Below, in pieces: positions 38,601 through 64,000 of a stretch of DNA of 64,000 nt (positions within the stretch are counted from its first letter, which is position 1; every line of letters begins with the position of its first letter). Position numbers and translations under genes: made by a program. The notes under the pieces were generated by a model. The model was not told the origin of the DNA and ran no database searches. It saw only the letters and a list, made by a program, of their open reading frames with translations. This stretch comes from Bugula neritina (lineage: Eukaryota > Animalia > Bryozoa), in assembly GCA_964035545.1 (NCBI GenBank), contig OZ037767.1, forward strand, positions 8,566,581 through 8,630,580, given 5' to 3'.

Positions 38601-41155
38601 TGTGTAACATTTATGTCATTATTATGTAATGATTCCCTTTATTATTGATTATTAAACAGTGCATACTTTATACGGACCAATAACCTAGCACTATGAGATG
38701 TTTATTAGCATGTTTTTCTGGAGGTAATTGGTGGGAGTTGTGTTAAAGCTACATTGAGTAGACAAATCTGAAAATATGGCTTTATGAGGCCTGAATTTCA
38801 AGTTTTAGTTTGACTAGCTGTATAACCTCAGGGCGCCATGTTACAAGACAAAACAATGCCTTTGATAGGATGAGTGTTGTATATAATTGGTGTGTAAAAA
38901 TATTAAACAGGAAAAGCAATATTGATACAACTCATACCAGCTTTATGCTTGCTATTGTACAAATCAACAAATTCTGATTTATTATATTGGAGTATCAACG
39001 GCTGATGTACTAAGGGCTATGCAGACAGTTTAGTTACAGTAAATGTGGACATACCTGGCCATCCCTTTCCTATCTGTCTTCATGGCCAGAGAATCCTCTC
39101 TCTTAGGGACTTCCACAACAGTAGGTACAAACACAGACTGCACTGCAAGCTGTCACAAAACAACAAGATGATAATTTCTACTGAAACAACACTAACATCT
39201 TGACTATATTACAATTCTCCTATAAAATCCTCAACACTGCTAAACCTAATATGCAGTGACACCATGTTGAATGCTTAGTCCAGCAGATCCTACTAAATAT
39301 AGAGGGTACAATACAGGTTAGCACCAGGTGGAGCAAACAGCAAGTATATAGGCAGCTGTAATGAACATAGTTTCACTGTAACATGTAGGCAGTTTCACTT
39401 TAGTCCTGAAAATTTGTGTTGCGTGAACAAATTCAAGTGATTATCAAAATATACACTGGATGTTACGACTAAACCTTACAATCAAGATTGAAGCAGCGGA
39501 TTGGGCTCTGTGGTAGAAAGTCACACATTGAATTAAACCAGTACATGACAGTGTCAGCTCTTACCTTAGTAGGAAGCTGGTCATCTTCATCTCCACTGTC
39601 GGCAGCTCTTCGTCTTTTGGGTCCTAACCGAGACTGTATGCTGCCAGGTCTGACAAAAGAATTGTATTACAGATACAAGTCTTTTTAAATATAAGAAACA
39701 ACTATTTCTTCTTAAAGTTGAAGCATTTCAAAGTAAAACTATGTGACCTGTAAGACCTAAACTACGCCTAAAAAGGACTGTATAAAATTACTTATCAAAA
39801 GCTTATTCTTTAACGAAACAAGCAGCCAATCTACATGGTTACATTGTCTGCAGTGCACTAGAGCTTCAATACCTTCACATTATATATAAATGTTATACAA
39901 GTTTATATCCAACTTACTTTCAACAATGGTAATACATTGGAACCACAGCAGACCTACATTCAATACAATTAATAGTAATCTTATAGAATAGATACCTGAC
40001 AGGTCCATCTTGAGATACACGTCGGACTAAATGTCGCCCCTTCTCTACACTCCCAGGACCCCCTATGGGTTCCCTGTTAGGATTGTTAAGAATTCGTCTA
40101 AACAATATAAGAAGCATAGTTATTAGATATAAATACCAACAGAAGATTTGAGTGGGTAGGTTAGGATTTAGGTCAAACTGTAGACATTTCTAAACAACTT
40201 TGCTGTATCTTTGATAACTTTAGTTATGTCATTAGCCAAAAACTAAAAATAACTAAAAGTTATTTAGAATAAAAAATAATTCCCTATTCAACCAAAAATC
40301 AATAAGCAACGATTAAATTATAACCTAGAAATCTTGAATCTATCACATAAGGGTAACAAAAACAGACCTGGCTTCACCGAATAATCTACCAGCTGCTTGT
40401 CCACCGTATCCAGCTGCATTGCCACTTGAACGGAAAACTCGTCTTTGAGGCCTAAGCATATAAAAGTAACTTGGGGGAACTTTTCAGATGACAGTTATTA
40501 TGTAACATTGTATGGTGACAACAACTGAAATATTATGATAAATTTGTTGACATAATTTTTATAAACTAAGTTTTAATTTCATTGAAATATAAATACACAG
40601 TTAAATATATTTATAAAAAAAGATCAGCAGCCATATCCTCATAAAAAATTATCCTTTTTATTTTATATAACTAATACTATTTCAGTATTTGATTATAATT
40701 AATATTATAATGATAATCATAAATTCATAATATTAATAATCAAATTTCATCTTTATTATTTCATATTAAATAATTAATATTATAATTGAAAATCATGACA
40801 ATAATTATAATGATATCATCAAGTTCAACTTCAAGTTGAACTTTAACTTGAGTCTTGAAGTTAAAGAAAAGTGATCACCACATTCACATTGATTGACAAT
40901 GAAGATATAAATTAAAGACTAAATTAATTATGAATTAAAACACCTGTAAATACAAAAAATTCCTTTAGTTTACTTGTATTAAATCTAATACTTATAGTTA
41001 TACTTATGGTAACAGCTTGAGTTTAACTTGTACCACCTTAAGTTTTTTTCCAAGGGGTCACGGCCATACAGTTTGATGATATTTTCGTCAACGCCTTTTA
41101 AAGTCTGTTTAGCTTTTTCATACTCATTATTGAGAGCAGCTGCAACAGCTTCCAT
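35653..41155 (-). CDS. PNN: Pinin (PNN/SDK/memA; EJC-associated PSAP complex protein), ~516 aa
   Basis: Exons 41037-41155, 40368-40451, 39996-40097, 39565-39649, 39055-39149, 37944-38019, 37330-37485, 37027-37168, 35653-36344 (1551 nt, in frame). N-terminus EKAKQTLKGVDENIIKLYGRDP matches human EKAKESLKNVDENIRKLTGRDP. Pinin signature RNRRMFGALLGTLQSF and FIRTTKGKHQIYYMP; acidic, Ser-rich and RS tail. Confidence 0.96.
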
Positions 41156-41650
41156 TCATATAATTTGGTGCATAAACAGTACAAGCAAAAAATAAATATG
41201 CAGGAGTGAGTAAACCAGTGGTGGTGGAATTATTAGCGAAGTACGAAATTCAATGTCAATGTGAAACTGAATGACGATACTTTGCCTTGAAGGAATAATT
41301 CAACAGGTACTGTCCTATATTCTTTATTATGTAAAATCTCAGGCTAAAAAGTGTGATTATATTGAATGAATGTTTAGCCTTAGCGAACAGTATATAGTAA
41401 AACAGATTGATTTCAGGTGCATTCCGCGCGAAAATGAGGTGTTTTCTGCAGCTATTTTAATTTACATTTCAAGTATATAATACAAATCCATCGGCAACCG
41501 ACACTGAGATCTTTGCGCTACGGGCCGTGCCCTGGTCCACTCTCAACCCGAGGAGAGATGTTTGTTAGACCAAAAGCAAATGCATTACTTGCTCTCTGCA
41601 TAAGTGATTGCGATGCTCTAAAATAATAAATTGAATTGATAACCACTCTA
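41156..41650. promoter_or_regulatory. Putative bidirectional PNN/TRAPPC6 promoter and 5' UTR region
   Basis: Lies between the divergent start codons (41155 and 42933) and has a local CpG cluster at 41425-41615 in a CpG-poor background. A plus-strand donor at 41307 and acceptors at 41416 and 42902 suggest non-coding TRAPPC6 exons. Confidence 0.5.
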
Positions 41651-42932
41651 AAAATCATCATTATGTTATATCATATAATTATATGATATATGTATGATGA
41701 TCATTTTACATTTTTTGTGTTGCATAAATTTTTAACTAACCCTCGAAGCTCAAACTTTTTACTCACAGTCTGAGTCAATCACAAGGCAGAGGCTTCAGAC
41801 AGTCAGAATGAGAATGACCATCACAATGTCATTGTGATTGTCCTAGTCAATTAGTCATAGTGATAGTCATAATAATTCACATTGTGATTATCAATGGTAG
41901 TGATACTAGTACTCATAGTCGTACAGTCATACTCATACTGATGCTGATTGAGTCAAACTCAATGTGAATGTCATACTCATGAGTCATTGTGATTGTAATA
42001 CTAATAGTAGTAGAGTGTAGACTAATAGTAATACTAATAGTAATTGTTTATTTTATATTTTATAAGTCTAATTGAGTAATTCAAAATTGTAACTATGGCT
42101 ATCACTATCACTATGGGTATCACTTATTAGTTATTAAGCTTAAGATAAACTTAGAATTAATACATATATTTAATTTTATAATGGTGATGATACTGATGCT
42201 ATAACTATTCCTATTGGTATTAGTATTACTATCAGTGTTACTCATTACTGTAAGTGTAAGTATTAGTATAAGTATAGTCTACACAGTATATACTTTCAGT
42301 GTTCCACTGACACTCACACGACACTGACAGATTGTGACTCACAATGATTGAGAGTGAGTCTGATTACCACGGTTATAACCATAGGCATAGCTTATGACTA
42401 TCAGTATCACTATCACTATAGCCATAGACATAGAAATTAATATAGTAATCAACTGGTTATATTTACATTACGAGAGTGCACTTGTAATATGAAATTATTA
42501 ATATGCTTGGTTTTATAGAAAGTAAACCCATTAAAATAAAAGTGATAAATAGACATAGTATTGAAAACAACAGTAAAAGTTGTCTTAATATTAAAGTATA
42601 CATCATTAACAACCAGTCAGTCCAATCTAAGTCTATGCTACTAATTTATTTTCAATTGTCAGAGTATGAAAAGCCAAGTTCATGCAAACAAATGACATAA
42701 AACAACTAAAATTTTAATTCATCATTCTTAAAAATAAAATAAAAATCACTATTTAAATTGCTGGTTATAAACATTGTTTCATTCTAACTTATTATTCACA
42801 TAGTTTTGTATGCTTTTATACTAATGCCAGCCTGAAGTAATACTAGTTTTGGGTATGCTTAGTCACCAGTTGATCTGAATCTATTCATGTTTGAATTTAT
42901 AGAGCAGATAAATTATTAGTGGAAACAGAAAG

Positions 42933-45747
42933 ATGAACGATGAATACATATTTGAATATCTTCACATGGAAATGGTTGATCAGTTCTGCAACAGCTCCGA
43001 CAGTAATGATGATATTGTGAGTTTGTTGAGTGTGTTAGTAAGCATTCTATTACTCAATATGAAACAGTACTATTGACTATTATGTTAAAGTTTATAAATT
43101 TCTGTGATCTTATATATTGCATTGTGATCATTTTAATGGTGCAGTTTTATCAAAGCAAATTTATTATTTCAATTTAGTTTTTATTACTTTTCAATCATCT
43201 CTCACATAAATTGTTAATAACATGAATCATGTATATCATTCTCGATGTTTGCAAAGATGTGGTACTTTGTGTAATAATTATTGCCTTAAACCAAGTGATG
43301 CCTTATAGACTTTGAAGTTACTAATTAGTAGGAACCTTTCTTTTTGTTTGGAGAAAGAGAAAAGCATTTATTTTTATCTAAACCGAATTTCTAGCATGTT
43401 TTATTGTGCTGAATTTCGTAAGTTGTTTAAAAAAAAGTTAAAAAACTTGTATTCGTTCCAACTGTTTAAATTCATTTTGAAAATATACAATTTTAGTTTT
43501 TAGATGAAAGGTATATTCTGTTTCTTTAGCATATAAAGAATGTGTGCATTATAGATCTACCATATGTAGTATACATAGAAATTAATTTTCTATGTATTTT
43601 CAAATATTCTTTTTGTAGAATACAGCTATAAAGAAGTTAGAGAGACTGGGCTTTACTGTGGGTCAAAGATATATAGAAAAGTAAGTTGAATTTTTTTTTG
43701 TTTTGAGTCAAAAGCAGACACTATTGTATTGTCAAATGTCTCACTTGTGTATATTATAGTAATGTTACGTTTAACAGACTGCTGTGTTTTAAATTTAGAT
43801 AATTATGACGTAAGGAACAATGAAGGCATTAACAGCAGTAATGAACGCTCACTTTTTGCCGTAGTGTGAATGAGTCATAACGCAGTGTTTTTTTTTAGAT
43901 CCACAAAGGACATACAGAGGTTTAAAGATGAACTTGAGACTATGAAGTTTGTCTGTAAGGAAGTCTGGAATGTTGTATATAAAAAACAAATTGACAATTT
44001 GCGGACCAACCACCACGGTGTATATAATTTACATGACTATAAGTAAGTGATGTCTGTTTAGCAATGAGCATGACATACACCCAAGTTCTATTATAATGGT
44101 GCAACAACTTATTGCTATTACTTTCATTTAAAATAAGTGGACACATCTTTATTCGAGGTTTAACACGAGCTGCAGGTATAAATTCATAGTTTATTCAAAA
44201 ACTCCCTGACATACTTCACTTATGCAGTATTGCACTATTCTTATATCTATTGGCTTTCTTCTACATACTGTTTTAGGGTTACATGCTCAAACAATTTTGT
44301 TTTATAATAAATTGTATGTGCATATGGGCTGAATTGATTGTTGCGTCATGGATTATTTAATGAAGTATCTAGTAGAAGGTCACCTTGTAACTAGTTGATT
44401 TGTTTTCAGGTTTAGGCTGTTAGAACAGATGTCTCACAGCAACCAGTATAAAGAGCATGCACCCAAGGTATGTACTACCAACATTCTGTATATCATACCT
44501 CACAGCACAAAGTCTATATTGTCTTACATTCTGTTAGTTATATTTCACTAGCCACTGATGCATTGGCTGTTGGTTCACTTCTCTTCTCTAATTTTGCTTC
44601 TCATCTTCCCTAATTTCAAGTCATTAACCTAATGCATTAGTATATTATATAACATCATGTTGTGTATGCAAGCAATTACTATCTGATTTATTGGAGGTAA
44701 TTGTTAATGCTATATACTATATTATCTTTAGCAAGTCCTGTGTTGTAATTGTAGTACTTAGCATTTCCTTGTGGATTTCTAAGAGGAGCGCTCAGTGGTC
44801 TGGGATTTGATTGCGTAGTCACTGCAGAGGTCACCAAGATGCCTGCATGTAGGTACTTCTGCTGTGCTGCTTTTAGTTCTGCTCATGCTGACTTACGTCA
44901 TCTAAAAGCACTTAAGTGAAATCTCTTGCTGCTATTAGCAAAGTGGCCTGAAAGGATTAAATTGCTATAAAATTATTTTCTATAAGAATGTTTATTTTCT
45001 TGCATTTAAATAGCTCAAAAAAGTTAAGTTGTAAGGTTATCAATGAGCTCTGTCCTCATTACTGTTTGAAACTGTGAAACCATTTAAATGTGTTTAATTA
45101 AGCTCACTTTCCCTACATCTGCTCTGCACTAGCTGTATGCTGATAATAATATTGAACTAGGCTCACTCGATTAGTCAGTTAGCTAGGGGCACATGGAGTA
45201 CCATCTCTGCTGTGGGAGTTACCTGCCACACACAATACGTTGACTCCTTGAGTGAAACTCTGAGTTATCATTTATATTTGCCAAAAACTTTACTGCCTGC
45301 TATAAATTAATTCATTTGAAAATCTCACTCTCTATTATCAATAATACACAATTGATTGGAATGGAAATGTAAAACCTAAACTTGAAAAGTAGGATCACTA
45401 ACTAGGGAATAACCAAGTAGATTGCTATGGCAGAAACTTTTCCCACTATTTGTTTAGACTTTATAATTTTGACTGCATGAAATTGCTGCTGTGTGACAGT
45501 TATCGCTAGCAGCTCTCACAAAAATCGCTCTATGTGGCTGTAGTCATGTTCCAACAATTCATCCTAATAGTCATAACATTGTATGTCAATATTTACAATA
45601 AATATATCATTCAAATTTTTATAGTGTCAATTAGCATCAGACCATTCCAGTTTCATTAATTGTATTAGTAGGGTGCAATACATATGACACATTTTATTAT
45701 TGGTTTTACTTACAGGTAAATTCTTAATACAGATTCATCATAGTTGA
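42933..45747 (+). CDS. TRAPPC6B: Trafficking protein particle complex subunit 6 (Trs33/TRAPPC6A-B ortholog), ~157 aa
   Basis: Exons 42933-43016, 43619-43680, 43899-44042, 44410-44467, 44755-44848, 45716-45747 (474 nt). The protein reads MNDEYIFEYLHMEMV, KLERLGFTVGQRYIE, RFKDELETMKFVCKEVWNVVYKKQIDNLRTNHHGVY, YLAFPCGFLRGALSGLG, VTAEVTKMPACKFLIQI and matches TRAPPC6B throughout. It is absent from the ORF track because the exons are short. Confidence 0.96.
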
Positions 45748-46312
45748 AGCTTTAGCCTGTGGTACACTGGAACAAACAGATTTGTGAGAATTATGCTGCT
45801 CGTCTCCCTTGCATGAATTTTAGAGATTTATATTTTTTTGTCTTATGATTTATTGTCTCTGTTTAGAAATAAAAGTAATCCAATGTTTTGTGGCTATTGT
45901 TATCTGGAATAGTCTGTATTTATGATCATCTCTAGTATTTAGTGAAACGTGTAATTAATTAATTTATTATTGGTTAATAAATTCTATAAAGAGTTAATAA
46001 ACATACTAAAGCTGTAATTTTTTTCTCAATATACTTTTGCAAATTATCTGTCAAAATGCATCCACTTGTGGTAATAATTAAGAGTATAATAATTAGAAAA
46101 ATAAATCAAGCAGCATAATGTATATTGAAGTTATTAGAACCTCAATCTGCATGTTCAATGCTGACAACTACCGGTTAATGTAATTGCATATTTCAGCTAT
46201 TTTTGTACTTATTTTCATAGCAAGTGTTAGTAATGAGAAGCTGCCGGTGTTGATAATATATCATCTATAATGAACACGATGTTATTTAGTATATGGTTTA
46301 TACAATATAGGG

Positions 46313-46538
46313 CAGAGGTGAGCAACTGGGGGCCATGGCCACCCGTGGCCTTCTGCCTATTTGCCAGTGGCCCTTTCAATGCTTAAGATAGGTGAAAACT
46401 GTTCGATGTGTTCTGATTAGCGCAGTATAGGTTTGGTGACAAATTGTTTAAAGATAATAAATGTGTACAATCATGTGGCCTTTCGTTTTGGCTAATTTCT
46501 GAGCTTGGCCTTCATACAAAAGAAGTTGTCTACCCCTG
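46313..46538. mobile_element. hAT (Charlie-like) MITE upstream of NUP214
   Basis: TIRs CAGAGGTGAGCAACT and AGTTGTCTACCCCTG with subterminal TGGCC repeats; no recognisable 8-bp TSD. Confidence 0.6.
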
Positions 46539-46539
46539 G

Positions 46540-46842
46540 TCTGGTGTCTCGCGTACGCTAGTACTGCTGAAGAAGCATACTCTAAAGTCTAAATTCTTCT
46601 ATCGATTTCCAACTCTTTCATTTTTCGTTCCTATAGCCTTCGATTTTGGGAAATGAGCATAAAATGTGAGCAAGCCCCTTAATTTAGTTCATTGAATGTA
46701 CTTATGTTGATTTGAGATTGCGCGCTAACTTCAACTTCACTAAGCTCAGAATTGTACACTTCCAGAGAAATTAAAAGTAAATAGTTATAGTAGATTAAAG
46801 TAGTAAACATAGTTGTTTTTGTTTTAAATACAACTGTCATTT
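46540..46842 (+). promoter_or_regulatory. Putative NUP214 core promoter / 5' UTR
   Basis: CpG-containing patch (tctcgcgtacgc, tatcgat, ttgcgcgc) immediately upstream of the ATG. Confidence 0.4.
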
Positions 46843-62822
<15,980 letters not shown>

Positions 62823-62894
62823 TCTTCAGTGTATTGGTTTCTGAAGAGATTTGAGACAAGAGAAACCTACGCTATGATTGTCTATATGCTGTAT

Positions 62895-63047
62895 ACATCA
62901 TATAAATGTACTTACTCTATATTCTATCATACCAATTTACTTACTCTGTATTATGTCATACGTATGTACTTACTTTGTATTATGTCATATAAATGTACTT
63001 GCTCTCTATACATGTCATACGAATGTACTTACTCTGTATACATGTCA
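62895..63047. repeat. ~29-bp tandem repeat in NUP214 3' UTR
   Basis: Unit atgtcatataaatgtacttactctgtatt, ending just before AATAAA at 63058. Confidence 0.8.
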
Positions 63048-63341
63048 CAGAAGGCTCAATAAATATTTCCTTTAAAATGCAAAAACCTTGTCTTACACAT
63101 AATACAACCCCCTCTCCTCCTCTCACACATTCATACCCATCACATGTGAAACAAATTAGCTGTTAAATTCTATGTAGGATTTATAAATATTTATACTCTG
63201 TATATAGTATGTACTCAGCACAAAAATGCACATAACTCTATATTACAGGCTGTCACAGCAGTATTTATGTTGATATGATGCATGTATGATAATTTAACAC
63301 AAATGCTCCTATTTTACAAGATCTTTAAGTATTCGATAGCA

Positions 63342-63686
63342 TCAGCCTACAGGCTCAGTTAGCTGTTCACTTTCACTCTTTGCCAACTGCCACTTTTTTG
63401 AATTATTTGCCGACGAGTTCCATGACTTTCTGCCATTGCTTGTCCTTTTCATCTTGAGTATTGAGGCATTGTTGTTAGTCAAAGAGCTGTTATTGTTAGT
63501 GCTGCTCTTATGGAGAGAGTAACTCCTACACCCCATCTGGTGCAACACTTTCATATACTGGGCTTTGAATGCTTTTCGGAACTCAGATCTAAATATGCCG
63601 TAGATGAACGGGTTACAGGCACTGGCTGCTAGCTGTACAAATGTCGCCAAGGTGTTCACCCATCCACTTACAGGCACCATTAACAC
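63342..63686 (-). CDS. Class A (rhodopsin-like) GPCR, terminal exon (TM7, helix 8, C-tail); rest of gene beyond window
   Basis: Acceptor tttttgcag ending at 63687. TLATFVQLAASACNPFIYGIFRSEFRKAF contains NPxxY and the helix-8 FRxxF motif, followed by a possible palmitoylation Cys and a Ser/Asn-rich tail. Confidence 0.9.
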   Translation of the reverse strand: MLMVPVSGWVNTLATFVQLAASACNPFIYGIFRSEFRKAFKAQYMKVLHQMGCRSYSLHKSSTNNNSSLTNNNASILKMKRTSNGRKSWNSSANNSKKWQLAKSESEQLTEPVG

Positions 63687-64000
63687 CTGCAAAAAGAAAC
63701 ATTCTTTATTGCTGTGGGTAGTTGGACTAAAAAACTTGGGTAATGAAAATTGTAAAGCTAAATTGTGGGTACTACAAATTCATCATCATATTGCTCAAAA
63801 CTATCTAAGTTTTCAGATGTAAGTTTTTTCAGTGCTAGCGGACAACAAAAAAAGTTATTTCTGGACAAAATTAACACAACAGAAGTCTTTAATTCTGATT
63901 TATAGTTGCTATAAAATTTAGGAATTTTATCGCAATTGTTACTAGAAATATAAAAAAGCTGAGTTTTCCCAGGGTAATAATTATCCATTGTTAAGCCCTA

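Noticed and set aside
41495-41580. U4/U4atac snRNA (ATCTTTGCGC, TTGCGCTAC) or an HDV-like ribozyme on the minus strand
   Set aside because: Only 9-10-nt matches, no Sm site or U6-pairing regions; the HDV P2 helix and L3 length do not fit.
63342-63686. Opsin
   Set aside because: The position equivalent to retinal-binding K296 (six residues before the N of NPxxY) is Leu.

Overview
AT-rich animal (invertebrate) genomic DNA with spliceosomal GT-AG introns; no prokaryotic features. A lophotrochozoan source is my guess only. I reconstructed six protein-coding loci by hand from splice sites and reading frames. (1) Phospholipase C-beta of the PLCB1-3/Plc21C type, minus strand, 29 coding exons, 28809 down to 188, with its 3' end outside the window. 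(2) A small secreted cysteine-rich peptide gene (+, main exon 34757-35092) whose core has the eclosion-hormone cysteine framework; this is the most interesting item. (3) Pinin (PNN, minus, 9 exons, ~516 aa). (4) TRAPPC6 (+, 6 exons, ~157 aa), head-to-head with PNN as TRAPPC6B and PNN are in human. (5) NUP214 (+, 26 exons, ~1985 aa) with a 25 x 14-aa SLFG/SIFG array. (6) The last exon of a class A GPCR (minus). Introns hold a tRNA-Thr(AGT)-derived SINE family (4 copies, 3 with target-site duplications), several MITE/foldback elements, and many minisatellites that abut or duplicate splice sites. PLC-beta introns also contain in-frame candidate alternative exons.
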